Shown: positions 10,429 to 22,005 of the stretch, piece after piece
Layout of the letters: the number at the start of each line of letters is the position of its first letter
How positions within the stretch are numbered: the stretch's first letter is position 1
DNA from: Gammaproteobacteria bacterium
Lineage (GTDB): Bacteria; Pseudomonadota; Gammaproteobacteria; Eutrophobiales; Eutrophobiaceae
Assembly (NCBI GenBank): GCA_965221695.1
Contig: OZ244905.1
Location: 2,880,001-2,944,000 of the forward strand
DNA: 64,000 bases
Direction: 5' to 3'
Made by a program: the position numbers and the translations under genes
The notes under the pieces: model-generated
What the model saw: only the letters and a program-made list of their open reading frames with translations
Told to the model about the DNA's origin: nothing
The model's database searches: none

Positions 10429-11940
10429 CTAACTGCCAGCAAAACTGCCTCGGTATGACAGCGCCTCGCTCAGATGTTCTGCCTTGATGAGGTCAGATTC
10501 TGCCAGGTCCGCCACGGTCCTTGCCACGCGCAGGACCCGACATGTGCCCCGGATGGATAAGTTAAGCTGTTTGACTGCTTTGCGTAGCAAGTCGGTCAGG
10601 CGCTGGTCCAGGTTGCAGTATCTATCCAACTCCTCATTGTTCAGGAGATGATTTTGCTTGCCGGCGCGCGCTATCTGACGGCGGTAGGCGCGCGTTACCC
10701 GGAGCCGCACTACGGCGCTGGTTTCCCGGGTTTCGTCCCGCAGCGCCTCCAGGTTGTCTGGAGACAGGTTCGGCACCTCGATGCGCAGGTCGATCCGGTC
10801 CAACAACGGGCCGGATACCTTGCCCCGATAGCGTCTGACCTGTTGCGGCGTGCAACAACAACGGCCGCTATGGTCGTCGAGATACCCACAGGGACAGGGA
10901 TTCATTGCTGCGACAAGCTGAAAACAGGCTGGGAATTCGGTTTGACGCGCAGCCCTGGAAATACTGATCCGTCCCGCCTCGAGTGGTTCCCTCAAGGCTT
11001 CCAGGACATTGCGATTGAACTCCGGCAACTCATCCAGGAACAGGACGCCGTTATGTGCCAGAGACACTTCGCCCGGACGGGGCGCGCTGCCGCCTCCCAC
11101 CAGGGCCGCTGACGAAGCCGAATGGTGCGGCGTCCGCACCGGACGCACCTTCCAGTCCTCTATCATGAAGCCCCTGACGCTGACAGATTGAATCGCTGCC
11201 GTGGCGATGGCTTCCTCCTCGCTCATAGGCGGCAGCAGACCCGGCAGACGTTCGGCCAGCATCGTTTTGCCACTGCCGGGTGGTCCTACCATCAACAGGT
11301 TATGACCTCCTGACGCACAGATTTCCAAGGCGCGTTTGGCAAAATGATGTGAGCGGACTTCGGACAGATCACGGTAGACATCGCGCTCGCGGCGCGCAGT
11401 TTTCTTGGCCTGAAAACGCGCCAACGCGCCCGCGCCATTAAGATGATTGCATACGGACAGCAAATTCCGCGCCGGCAATACCGTCAACTGGTTTATCAGC
11501 GCCGCTTCCGCGGCATTCTGCATTGGCAGTATCAGGGACCGTCCGGTTTTGTTGACAGAATTTGCGCAAGGCAACACGCCGTCGACCGGCCTCAATTCGC
11601 CGGTCAGTGACAACTCGCCGATAAGCTCATGGGACTGCAGGATCTCTCGGGAAATCTGGCCGGTGGCTGCCAGGATCCCGATAGCTATAGCCAGGTCATA
11701 CCTGCCGCCCTGTTTTGGCAGGTCCGCAGGAGCCAGATTTACCGTGATCCGGCGTAAGGGAAACTCGAAATGGTTGGTCAGCAGCGCGCTCCTGACCCGT
11801 TCCCGGCTCTCCTTGACCTCGGTTTCAGGCAGGCCCACGATGTAAAATTTTGGCAGGCCGGAGGAGACATGGATATCGACAGTTACTTGTAGCGGCTCTA
11901 TCCCTGCCAGGGAGCGTGAATAAATCCTTGCAATTTCCAT
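10429..11940 (-). CDS. comM: YifB/ComM Mg-chelatase-like AAA+ ATPase
   Basis: IVGLP...VKESRERVRSA, NLAPADLPK, GPPGSGKT, LAHNGVLFLDELPEF, MNPCPCG. Confidence 0.93.
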   Translation of the reverse strand: MEIARIYSRSLAGIEPLQVTVDIHVSSGLPKFYIVGLPETEVKESRERVRSALLTNHFEFPLRRITVNLAPADLPKQGGRYDLAIAIGILAATGQISREILQSHELIGELSLTGELRPVDGVLPCANSVNKTGRSLILPMQNAAEAALINQLTVLPARNLLSVCNHLNGAGALARFQAKKTARRERDVYRDLSEVRSHHFAKRALEICASGGHNLLMVGPPGSGKTMLAERLPGLLPPMSEEEAIATAAIQSVSVRGFMIEDWKVRPVRTPHHSASSAALVGGGSAPRPGEVSLAHNGVLFLDELPEFNRNVLEALREPLEAGRISISRAARQTEFPACFQLVAAMNPCPCGYLDDHSGRCCCTPQQVRRYRGKVSGPLLDRIDLRIEVPNLSPDNLEALRDETRETSAVVRLRVTRAYRRQIARAGKQNHLLNNEELDRYCNLDQRLTDLLRKAVKQLNLSIRGTCRVLRVARTVADLAESDLIKAEHLSEALSYRGSFAGS

Positions 11941-11982
11941 TTGCTTTTCTCCTTGTCGATAGTGTGCCGGGCCGAAGCTATT

Positions 11983-12252
11983 TTAACCTGATCTTTGTTG
12001 TTCCGAAAGCGCTTGTTCCAACTCGGCGACTTGTCTTTGCAGATCATCGAGCGTCGCGCGGGTATTGGCGAGCAACTGCGACTGCACATCAAACTCTTCA
12101 CGAGTGACCAGATTCATCCTGGAAAAGGTAGCGTTCATGGAAGCGCGCGCAATCTTCTCCAAATCCTTGCGCGATCGGGCCAGATCCCTGGGCAGCAAAC
12201 GCAGGAACTGCTGGATGAACTCTTCAAACTCCCGCGCTCTGCTCATATTCAT
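11983..12252 (-). CDS. ubiK: Ubiquinone biosynthesis accessory factor UbiK (YqiC/BMFP family)
   Basis: LVTREEFDVQ..LL..TR coiled-coil motif; usual position upstream of comM and divergent from the glnK/amtB cluster. Confidence 0.85.
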   Translation of the reverse strand: MNMSRAREFEEFIQQFLRLLPRDLARSRKDLEKIARASMNATFSRMNLVTREEFDVQSQLLANTRATLDDLQRQVAELEQALSEQQRSG

Positions 12253-12311
12253 ATAGTATCCATTTCAGACAAGCCGCAATAATAACCGCTTCCCTGCAGC
12301 GGCACAACCTC

Positions 12312-12358
12312 CGCGCTATTATTGTGCAACTACCCCTCTCAAGCACGCCCCTGGTGCA
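12312..12358 (+). promoter_or_regulatory. Two tandem NtrC-type binding sites
   Basis: CGCGCTATTATTGTGCA (12312-12328) and AGCACGCCCCTGGTGCA (12342-12358) resemble TGCAC-N7-GTGCA, ~110-150 bp upstream of a sigma54 motif. Confidence 0.65.
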
Positions 12359-12370
12359 ATCACTCCCCAT

Positions 12371-12407
12371 AAATCAGGACATCCATAAAAATTTGATGGG
12401 TGTCTTG
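12371..12407. repeat. AAATCAGGACACCCAT-family inverted pair
   Basis: CAGGACATCCAT-N9-ATGGGTGTCTTG; single arms recur at 21721 and 35799. Confidence 0.55.
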
Positions 12408-12468
12408 GCGTTATTGCCGTGTGCGTTAGAAGGATCAATTTTTAGTAGGTGTAGCTTATCAACAACTT

Positions 12469-12484
12469 TGGCACGATACATGCA
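12469..12484 (+). promoter_or_regulatory. sigma54 (-24/-12) promoter of porin-amtB-glnK
   Basis: TGGCAC-GATAC-ATGCA matches TGGCAC-N5-TTGC upstream of nitrogen-uptake genes. Confidence 0.75.
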
Positions 12485-12527
12485 TACATAACAGCGATGT
12501 AATAATTGCAACAACTTGGAGTAAAAA

Positions 12528-13241
12528 ATGAGAAGTACTATCTTAAGACTGACAACACTTATCCTGATAATGGGGTCTACATCTTTATCGGCAGAAGATT
12601 CGCCACACCAGTTCAGCGGAAACATAGGGTTATTTACTGACTACCTTTACCGCGGCATTTCCCAGACCAGCGAAAAGCCGGCGGTGCAAGGCGGTATGGA
12701 CTATGCCCACGCGCCTTCAGGTATTTACGTGGGAACCTGGGCTTCTAACGTTGATTTTGCCGAAGATTTGGAAATTGATGTCTATGGCGGCATATCAGGA
12801 GAGCTGGATAACGGCATAAGCTGGGATGTAGGTGGCCTGTATTATATCTATCCCAGTTCCGATGCAAAGCCGGAGGAAAACTTTGTTGAGATGTATGCGA
12901 GCGCCGGCTATACCTTCTCCGGCGTACTGGAGCCAAGTGTCAGCGCCGGGATTGCCTGGTCGCCGGACTTCTTCGGTGAAGATGGCGATGGCATCTACCT
13001 GAACGGCAGCCTGGACCTGTCGCTGCCGCACGGCTTTGGCCTGTCGTTTTACGTCGGTTGGCAGGATGTGGAAGGTGACAAGACCTCGGGACCGGATGGT
13101 TTCAACTACACCCATTACAGCATCGGCATCAGCAAAAGCGTAGGCGCGCTTGATCTAAGCGCCTCCTGGAATGACGCGGACAATGATTGCGGTGGCGAGA
13201 TCTGCGAGGCGCTCGTGGGCAGTATTTCCATGAGCTTCTAA
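12528..13241 (+). CDS. TorF-family putative porin (TIGR02001-like)
   Basis: Signal peptide, TDYLYRGISQT...PAVQGG.DY, GTWASNVDF, terminal Phe; typical neighbour of glnK/amtB. Confidence 0.85.
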   Translation: MRSTILRLTTLILIMGSTSLSAEDSPHQFSGNIGLFTDYLYRGISQTSEKPAVQGGMDYAHAPSGIYVGTWASNVDFAEDLEIDVYGGISGELDNGISWDVGGLYYIYPSSDAKPEENFVEMYASAGYTFSGVLEPSVSAGIAWSPDFFGEDGDGIYLNGSLDLSLPHGFGLSFYVGWQDVEGDKTSGPDGFNYTHYSIGISKSVGALDLSASWNDADNDCGGEICEALVGSISMSF

Positions 13242-13301
13242 GTATAGCCATCTTAGTACTAGAACCTGGAAAAGAAATCCGAATATTTGGAGAAACTGAC
13301 G

Positions 13302-15016
<1,715 letters not shown>

Positions 15017-15064
15017 CGCCGCTTGAATGGATCTCCCGGTCCTCCTTGGCGCCGGGAATGCCTG

Positions 15065-15096
15065 GGAACCTCTGACTTTACTTTGTCAGAGGTTCC
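15065..15096. repeat. IS5-like inverted-end mini element
   Basis: GGAACCTCTGAC-tttacttt-GTCAGAGGTTCC, perfect 12-bp arms. Confidence 0.65.
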
Positions 15097-15127
15097 TTTG
15101 GCACATAGAGTTCCCCTCCTATTCTCG

Positions 15128-15308
15128 CGTAAGCGCCCCCACCCATTCCCCCGGCAAGCTCTCCCTTCCCAGCCTGCCCCTGTATGGCGTTGAGCAGGGG
15201 CGGGAGTGGTTTTGTGGCTGGGCGACACAGTATTCGACTTGCCTCTCGCTTTTGCGGGAGTGGTATGGTCGATGGTGACAAAGTGTTAAACTGGACTCCC
15301 ATCGGGAG
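15128..15308 (+). repeat. Scrambled tripartite-repeat cluster with nested insert
   Basis: Linker + CCATTCCC, AGCCTGCCCCTGTATGGCGTTGAGCAGGGG, GGGCGACACAGTATT, GCGGGAGTGGTATGG, ACTGGACTCCC. Confidence 0.8.
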
Positions 15309-15316
15309 ACAAAATC

Positions 15317-17335
15317 ATGTTTCAAGTCAGAGAAAAACAATCCATGGATGCGCCGGCGAGCGCGCAAACCCAGTACCATCTTTTTGTTGGCGGCAGCTTC
15401 AGTGGCACATTCAGCAATAATCTCGATCAGGATTGGATCAGGGTCGATCTGGTTGCCGGTAAAACATACCTGATCAGCCTGTCCGGAAGCGGGGATAACA
15501 GCGGCGCCGATACCATCCTCAGGGTTTACAACTCGTCAGGAGAGCAAGTCGCCCTCAACGATGACACGGACTTGAGCGCCGGGCAACTGAATTCCACCCT
15601 AAGCTTTACCCCCGAGAGCAGTGGCGTTTACTACCTCAGCGCCGGCGTTTATGCCGGCAACCCTGCTAAGGACTATTCCGGGAGCTACATGCTGACACTG
15701 ACTGATCCGGAGGCTGCTGACGGCATCGGCGACCTGGCGCTGCAAGGCGGCGACGGCGACGACATCCTGGGCGGCGCCGATGGCGCCGATGAACTGCGGG
15801 GCGGCGCCGGCAACGACGAGTTGTATGGCTTCGGTGGGGAGGACTACCTGGTGGGAGAGGCTGGCGATGACCTGCTGGAAGGCGGCGATGATGCCGATCT
15901 GCTGCTGGGAGACAGCGACTCGGGCTTCTTTGCCAGGTCGCTGATCCCGGGCTATTACGCCAGCGACAACGCCAACGACGATTCATCTCCCGATGATCGG
16001 GGACCTGCGGATGTTGATAGTGGGGACCGTGAGGGCCCAACCGCGCTCGCCGAGGATGTCGCTGTCCCGATCTCTGAAGACCCGTTGGCTGATCTGTTCC
16101 CCGACCTGACCCGCGCCGGCACGCTGGATTTCCTTGAGCGCCAGTTGCGCGCCGGAAACGATGTCCTGCATGGCGGCGCCGGCGCAGACTGGCTCGAAGG
16201 CGGCGCCGGGAACGATGAGTTATTCGGCGGAGATGATGATGACAATCTGTTTGGCGACACCTCGCTGGAGCTGTTCTTTGGCTCGTTGCCGGCGATTGTG
16301 GTGAATGATGCCTCGGAACCCAACTCTGCTTTTGTCTTGGCATCGCCTGCGCAGGGCGAACAGGCTGACGCCGGCGCGACCACATCGGAACCGGACGAAA
16401 ACCAGGATGCGCTCGACAACCTGTTATTGATGCTGCTCATCGACCAGTTGACGGCCGGCGATGACAGGCTGGACGGCGGCGCCGGAAACGACTACCTCAG
16501 AGGTGGTTTTGGCAATGATGTGCTGCTCGGTGGCGCCGGCATTGATTGGCTCGAAGGCGGCGCCGGCAATGATGAGCTGGATGCCGGAACAGGGGACGAT
16601 TACCTGCGTGGTGACGCCGGAGATGATCTGTTGGCCGGTGGTTCCGGCGCAGATTGGCTTGAAGGCGGCAGTGGCAACGATACACTGGATGGCGGCGCCG
16701 GCGACGATGTGCTGACCGGCGACGATTATCCTTACTTCCTGTTTCTTGAATCCAACATCGGCAGACAGGCCGACAACCCCGACGCCGGCGACACTGACAC
16801 CGGCGTGTCAATAATGCTCTATGACCCGGATGCAGAACCGGATGACAGTGACGGCCCCGCCATCACCAGCGTCGACGAAGATGACAATGGGATGACCACG
16901 GGGAACAATCCGGGCGTAGTTATTGGCGTAGGTAGTAGTGACGCTAACACTGACTTGAGATTACTGACTACCTTCTTGGCGCCAGGCGGCGACGACACGT
17001 TATCCGGCGGCATGGGAGATGATTTGCTGGATGGAGGTCCCGGCAACGACCTGCTCACCGGTGGTACCGGCGCCGATGTCTTCATCTTCATACCCGCGGG
17101 TGGCTACGATGTTGTCGCGGATTTTCACGCAAACGAGGATCAGATCGACCTCAAGGCCTTTGCCGATATCAGTTCGATAGACGACCTGGCGCTGCAACAA
17201 CAGGGGGACGACCTGATCATCGACTTGTCCGCGCACGCTGGTGGAGAAGTCACACTGCAAGGTGTCGAACAGGCTGACCTGAACGACGCTAACTTCATTT
17301 TCTCCACTGGGGAAGCTTCTGCGATAATTGCCTGA
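15317..17335 (+). CDS. RTX-repeat Ca-binding protein with N-terminal PPC-like domain, probable T1SS substrate
   Basis: Many GGxGxDxL nonapeptides, acidic; N-terminal DWIRVDL...DTILRVYN...LNDD; no signal peptide. Confidence 0.88.
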   Translation: MFQVREKQSMDAPASAQTQYHLFVGGSFSGTFSNNLDQDWIRVDLVAGKTYLISLSGSGDNSGADTILRVYNSSGEQVALNDDTDLSAGQLNSTLSFTPESSGVYYLSAGVYAGNPAKDYSGSYMLTLTDPEAADGIGDLALQGGDGDDILGGADGADELRGGAGNDELYGFGGEDYLVGEAGDDLLEGGDDADLLLGDSDSGFFARSLIPGYYASDNANDDSSPDDRGPADVDSGDREGPTALAEDVAVPISEDPLADLFPDLTRAGTLDFLERQLRAGNDVLHGGAGADWLEGGAGNDELFGGDDDDNLFGDTSLELFFGSLPAIVVNDASEPNSAFVLASPAQGEQADAGATTSEPDENQDALDNLLLMLLIDQLTAGDDRLDGGAGNDYLRGGFGNDVLLGGAGIDWLEGGAGNDELDAGTGDDYLRGDAGDDLLAGGSGADWLEGGSGNDTLDGGAGDDVLTGDDYPYFLFLESNIGRQADNPDAGDTDTGVSIMLYDPDAEPDDSDGPAITSVDEDDNGMTTGNNPGVVIGVGSSDANTDLRLLTTFLAPGGDDTLSGGMGDDLLDGGPGNDLLTGGTGADVFIFIPAGGYDVVADFHANEDQIDLKAFADISSIDDLALQQQGDDLIIDLSAHAGGEVTLQGVEQADLNDANFIFSTGEASAIIA

Positions 17336-17431
17336 CCAGCCAGCGAGAGTGAGTATTGAAGCCTTGCCCCCCATCATATATACTCCGGGGAAAGGCGCAT
17401 CGCGCCTGGCTTTAAAATTGGGGAGAGCTTT

Positions 17432-18730
17432 ATGAAACAATCTGTGAAAGCTGCAGTTTGCCTGCTGCTTATCGGCGTGCTTGCTCCAACGCTTGCGCTG
17501 GCCCAGGATGCGCCTGAGTTGAATGGCGCCAATACCGCCTGGATACTCGTATCGACCGCCCTGGTGTTGTTCATGACCCTGCCGGGACTGGCGCTGTTCT
17601 ATGCCGGCCTGGTACGCGCCAAGAACGTCCTGTCCGTATTGATGCAATGTTTTTCCATTGCCTGCCTGATGTCCATCCTGTGGCTCATCGCGGGCTACGG
17701 GTTGGCGTTCGGCGATGGCGGCGGTTTGAACCAGTTCGTCGGCTTGGGCAAGTTTTTTCTTGACGGGGTCGGTTGGGACAGCATGAGTGGCGACATTCCG
17801 GAGACCGTATTTTTCATGTTCCAGATGACGTTTGCCATCATCACCCCTGCGCTGATAGTGGGCGGCTTTGCCGAACGCATGAAATTCTCCGCAGTGTTGT
17901 GGTTTTCTGCCCTATGGCTGTTGCTGGTGTACGCCCCTGTGTGCCACTGGGTCTGGGGCGGCGGCTGGTTGGGCGACATGGGATTCATGGACTTTGCAGG
18001 TGGCGCGGTAGTCCATGTTAACGCCGGTGTGGCCGCGATCGTCGCGGCGATAGTCCTCGGCAACCGCAAGGGCTTTCCGGGCACGGCAATGCCTCCGCAT
18101 AACATGACTCTCTCCGTGGCTGGCGCTTCGATGTTGTGGGTGGGCTGGTTCGGGTTTAACGCCGGCAGCGCCCTGGCCGCAGACGGCAGCGCCGGTATGG
18201 CCATGCTGGTCACGCATATCTCCGCGGCGGCAGGCTCTCTGGCCTGGGTTGCCTGCGAGTGGATTAAACACGGCAAGCCCAGCGTGCTGGGCATTGTTAC
18301 CGGTATGGTCGCGGGCCTGGGCACGATTACCCCTGCCTCGGGTTTCGTCGGCCCTCTCGGCGGGTTGCTGATCGGAATTTCAGCCGGTGTTGTCTGCTAC
18401 TTTGCCACCCAGTACATCAAACGGAGCCTGAAGATCGACGATTCCCTGGATGTCTTCCCGGTGCATGGCGTCGGCGGCGCGCTGGGTTGCCTACTGGCAG
18501 CCGTCTTTTTTGCCGCAAGCCTGGGCGGCCCGGCAGATGCAGGCTATGCAATGGGTTCGCAGTTCCTGGTACAGGTGGTCGGCGTAATCGCTACAATCCT
18601 CTGGTGCGGCATCGTCAGCTTCATCATCCTCAAGGTTCTGGACGGCATCCTCGGCCTGCGCGTCACTGCGGATGAAGAAACCGAGGGCCTGGACCTGGTG
18701 TCCCACGACGAGCGCGGTTACACCTTCTAA
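17432..18730 (+). CDS. amtB: Ammonium transporter, second paralog
   Basis: Signal peptide, LFYAGLVRAKN, DFAGGAVVH, DDSLDVFPVH. Confidence 0.95.
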   Translation: MKQSVKAAVCLLLIGVLAPTLALAQDAPELNGANTAWILVSTALVLFMTLPGLALFYAGLVRAKNVLSVLMQCFSIACLMSILWLIAGYGLAFGDGGGLNQFVGLGKFFLDGVGWDSMSGDIPETVFFMFQMTFAIITPALIVGGFAERMKFSAVLWFSALWLLLVYAPVCHWVWGGGWLGDMGFMDFAGGAVVHVNAGVAAIVAAIVLGNRKGFPGTAMPPHNMTLSVAGASMLWVGWFGFNAGSALAADGSAGMAMLVTHISAAAGSLAWVACEWIKHGKPSVLGIVTGMVAGLGTITPASGFVGPLGGLLIGISAGVVCYFATQYIKRSLKIDDSLDVFPVHGVGGALGCLLAAVFFAASLGGPADAGYAMGSQFLVQVVGVIATILWCGIVSFIILKVLDGILGLRVTADEETEGLDLVSHDERGYTF

Positions 18731-18740
18731 TGAGTTAGAC

Positions 18741-18775
18741 CCCGGGAGCGCGGGCGAGACGCCCGCGCTCCCGGG
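18741..18775. repeat. GC-rich perfect hairpin (REP-like; possible terminator)
   Basis: CCCGGGAGCGCGGGCG-AGA-CGCCCGCGCTCCCGGG, 16-bp stem just after the amtB stop. Confidence 0.7.
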
Positions 18776-18795
18776 AGAAGCGGTGGTTGCCCCGC

Positions 18796-18876
18796 CACCA
18801 TCCCACTCCTGCGAAAGCAGGAGTCCAGTCAAATTCTGTGTCGCCTGAAAGGCGACTCTTTACTCCACTGGATTCC
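18796..18876 (-). repeat. Tripartite repeat, reverse orientation
   Basis: CCACTCCTGC-GAAA-GCAGGAGTCCAGT, GTCGCCT-GAA-AGGCGAC, CACTGGATTCC. Confidence 0.88.
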
Positions 18877-18928
18877 TATTTCACAGCAAAATTATATAGG
18901 TGTCCTGTCTTTGCTTTACAATGTCGTC

Positions 18929-19738
18929 ATGGACAGCTACGCCGTCATCGGCAACCCCATAGCACACAGCCTTTCGCCCCGAATCCACGGACTGTTCGCC
19001 GCGCAGACCGGCGCAGACATCACCTACCGTGCGATGCTCTCTCACGCTGACAAATTCACCGCCGATCTCGATGAATTCCGCCGCGCAGGCGGCCACGGAC
19101 TGAATGTCACCCTGCCGTTCAAGGAACAGGCCTGGGAATACGCGACCCACCGTAGCGCCAGGGCTAACCGGGCGCGGGCCGCCAACCTGATCCGTTTCGA
19201 TACTAATGGACAAATCTACGCCGATTCCACGGACGGCGTGGGACTGGTGCGCGACCTCAGCGCCAACGGTATGCAGGTTCGGGACAAGCGCGTCCTGCTG
19301 GTGGGCGCGGGCGGGGCTGTCAGGAGCGTGCTGGGGAACCTCTTAGATGAGCAACCGGCGGGTGTAACGATTATCAACCGCACCCCTGCACGGGCGCATG
19401 CGCTGCTGGAACTGTTTCCCGAGTCTGCTGGCCTCCTTAACGCGCAAGGCTTGGACGAACCCGTATCCGGTCCTTATGACCTCGTGATCAACGGCGCATC
19501 GGCGGGCCTGGCGGGGCAGACACTGCCCTTGCAAGACAGAATTCTCGCGCAAGACGCCTGCTGTTATGACCTGGTCTACGGCAAGGCAGCCCAGGCATTC
19601 TTGGGCTGGGCGGTAGACAACGGCGCGGCAATCCTGTGTGACGGCCTGGGAATGCTGGTGCAGCAGGCCGCCGAATCATTCTACATCTGGCGCGGCATCC
19701 TTCCGGAGACGCAACCGGTCATCGACGCCTTACGCTGA
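18929..19738 (+). CDS. aroE: Shikimate dehydrogenase
   Basis: YAVIGNPIAHSLSP.IH, GLNVTLPFK, TDGVG, GAGGA, DGLGMLVQQAAESF. Confidence 0.95.
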   Translation: MDSYAVIGNPIAHSLSPRIHGLFAAQTGADITYRAMLSHADKFTADLDEFRRAGGHGLNVTLPFKEQAWEYATHRSARANRARAANLIRFDTNGQIYADSTDGVGLVRDLSANGMQVRDKRVLLVGAGGAVRSVLGNLLDEQPAGVTIINRTPARAHALLELFPESAGLLNAQGLDEPVSGPYDLVINGASAGLAGQTLPLQDRILAQDACCYDLVYGKAAQAFLGWAVDNGAAILCDGLGMLVQQAAESFYIWRGILPETQPVIDALR

Positions 19739-19757
19739 GCTGGCTATTGCAGCCTAA

Positions 19758-19786
19758 GGAACCTCTGAGATTAAGTCAGAGGTTCG
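19758..19786. repeat. IS5-like inverted-end mini element
   Basis: CTAA-GGAACCTCTGA-gattaag-TCAGAGGTTCG. Confidence 0.6.
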
Positions 19787-19852
19787 TGCGACACAGGGAT
19801 GCGCGCTCTGACAAGTTTGGAATGGAATTGTTTAGGGCTTCTAAAGTATCAC

Positions 19853-21169
19853 TCACAACCCCTGCAGCCTGTCCATCAGGTCGGGGAGCCAGGTGACCAG
19901 GATGGGGAACAGGCACAGCAGTATAATCGCGCCGACCTGTATCGAGATGAACGGAATAATCCCACGGTATATATGCTGTATACGGATATCCTTCGGGGCC
20001 ACCGCCTTCAGGTAAAACAGGGAAAAACCGAAGGGCGGGGTCAGGAAAGAGGTCTGCAGGTTGATCGCAATCAGCACGGCAAGCCACAGCAGATCCACGC
20101 CCATGCCGGCGGCGATGGGCGCCAGGATGGGAACCACGATAAAGCAGATCTGCAGAAAATCCAGGAAGAAGCCAAGCAAGAATATCAGCAGCATGCTGGC
20201 TACCAGGAAACCCAGTGTGCCGCCGGGCAGGTTGGTCATGACATCGAGCACCAGGTGGTCACCACCCATACCCCGGAACACCAGCCCGAAGGCCGTGGCG
20301 CCGATCAGGATCAGGAACACCATGCTGGTCAAACGGGTGGTCAGTTGCATCGCTTCACGCAATTTGTCCAGGGTGAGTTGACCGTGCAAGGCTGCCAGCA
20401 AAAGAGCGCCCAGCGCGCCCACTGCCGCGGATTCCGTGGGCGAGGCAATGCCGAAGAAGATCGACCCCAGCACTCCCACCACCAGGATCAGCGGCGGCAA
20501 CAGGGTCAGGAACACCTTGCGTATCAAAGGTCCGTCAGCCTCCGGCGTGATCGCAGGGGCAACCTCCGGCCTGAGCCATGCATGCAGGCTGATATACACC
20601 AGGAACAGCGCCACCAGCAATACCCCCGGCACGACGGCTCCGATGAACAGGCGGCCGACGGGCACGCCCATTACGTCACCCAGCAGGATCAGGACAATAC
20701 TCGGCGGGATAATCTGGCCCAGGGTTCCTGCCGCGGCAATCGTGCCGGTTGCCAGTTGCCGGGAATAATTTCGCCGCAGCATGGTTGGCAGCGCAATAAT
20801 GCCCATGGTAACCACCGTTGCGCCCACGACCCCCGTGGTGGCCGCCAGCAATGCCCCGACGAGTACCACGGAAACGGCCAGCCCGCCGCGCAAGCGCCCG
20901 AACAGCAGACCCATTGTTTCCAGCAGGTCCTCCGCGAGCCCGGATTTATCCAGCACAATCCCCATGAAGATGAACAGCGGCACTGCCAGCAGGGTAAAAT
21001 TGGTCATCACCCCCCAGATCCTCAGAGGTAGCAGGTGGAAGAAATCGAATCCCAGGAACACCCCGCCGAACAGCATCGCGATCGCCCCGAGCGTAAAGGC
21101 TACCGGATAGCCCAGCATCAACATGAGCATCAGGCTCAGGAACATCAGGACGATCCAGAAAGTCATCAC
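19853..21169 (-). CDS. dctM: TRAP transporter large permease
   Basis: LLAVPLFIFMG, AAGTLGQIIPPS, SPTESAAVG, NLQTSFLTPPFG. Confidence 0.92.
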   Translation of the reverse strand: MMTFWIVLMFLSLMLMLMLGYPVAFTLGAIAMLFGGVFLGFDFFHLLPLRIWGVMTNFTLLAVPLFIFMGIVLDKSGLAEDLLETMGLLFGRLRGGLAVSVVLVGALLAATTGVVGATVVTMGIIALPTMLRRNYSRQLATGTIAAAGTLGQIIPPSIVLILLGDVMGVPVGRLFIGAVVPGVLLVALFLVYISLHAWLRPEVAPAITPEADGPLIRKVFLTLLPPLILVVGVLGSIFFGIASPTESAAVGALGALLLAALHGQLTLDKLREAMQLTTRLTSMVFLILIGATAFGLVFRGMGGDHLVLDVMTNLPGGTLGFLVASMLLIFLLGFFLDFLQICFIVVPILAPIAAGMGVDLLWLAVLIAINLQTSFLTPPFGFSLFYLKAVAPKDIRIQHIYRGIIPFISIQVGAIILLCLFPILVTWLPDLMDRLQGL

Positions 21170-21699
21170 TTGTTCCGGCCAGATTTGTGATCCAGGATAA
21201 AGGATAAGCTCTTCAGACTCTCACCGATACCCTGGATGATCAGCAGGAAAAAGCCCAGTGGAATCGCCGCTTTCAACACCCAGCGGTACGGCAGCCCGCC
21301 CGGGTCGGGCGAGCCTTCGGCAAACTGATAGGCCTGGGACACGAACGGCCAGGAGCTGATGATAATAATGACACAGAACGGGATCAGGAATAACAGCGAG
21401 CATACCAGGTTGACCCATGCGCGCCGGTAGTCTGACATGAACCGGCTGCGGTAGACCAGGTCCAGGCGCACATGGTCATCATGTTTCAGGGTATAAGCGG
21501 CGCCCAGCAGGAAAATAAGAGAAAAAAGGTGCCACTCCAACTCCTGTATCGCAATAGAACCGCTCAAAAAGAAATACCGCATCATGACGTCATAGGCAAC
21601 CAGTAACACCAGCGCCAGTACCAGCCATGACAACCCCCGCCCGCAAATCTCACTGGACCATTCAATACACCTGCATAATTTGCCAATTACTTCACGCAT
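21166..21699 (-). CDS. dctQ: TRAP transporter small permease
   Basis: Four TM helices, QELEWHLF, HVRLD, EGSPDPGGLP; ATGA overlap with dctM. Confidence 0.9.
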   Translation of the reverse strand: MREVIGKLCRCIEWSSEICGRGLSWLVLALVLLVAYDVMMRYFFLSGSIAIQELEWHLFSLIFLLGAAYTLKHDDHVRLDLVYRSRFMSDYRRAWVNLVCSLLFLIPFCVIIIISSWPFVSQAYQFAEGSPDPGGLPYRWVLKAAIPLGFFLLIIQGIGESLKSLSFILDHKSGRNK

Positions 21700-21750
21700 T
21701 CCCCCATTGTAACGCTTCTTAAATCAGGACACCCATGTCTTTTTTTTCAA

Positions 21751-21994
21751 GAGTCGCCCTGCGGGCGACAGAGTATTAGACTGGACTCCCGCTTTCGCGG
21801 GAGTGGTACGGTGGTGGTGTTAACGTAAGCGCCCCCCTCCCATTCCCGCGCAAGCGGGAATCCAGTGAGGCAAAGCGTCGCCCGCAGGGTGACACAGTAT
21901 TTGATTGGACTCCCGCTTCCGCGGGAGTGGTTATGCTGGCGGGGTGCGCATGAGTGGTTATGGTGACGGGGTTCGCGGGAGTGGTACGGTGGCG
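21751..21994 (+). repeat. Tripartite repeat cluster (~2 units)
   Basis: B-C-linker-A-B-C followed by two extra GAGTGGT tails. Confidence 0.92.
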
Positions 21995-22005
21995 TCGTTG
22001 AAGCA

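Noticed and set aside
19799-21031. 410-aa plus-strand ORF and similar long antisense ORFs (e.g. 29092-30063, 34311-35318, 38205-39203, 50996-52009, 59725-60786)
   Set aside because: Shadow frames opposite well-supported GC-rich genes, with no recognisable motifs.
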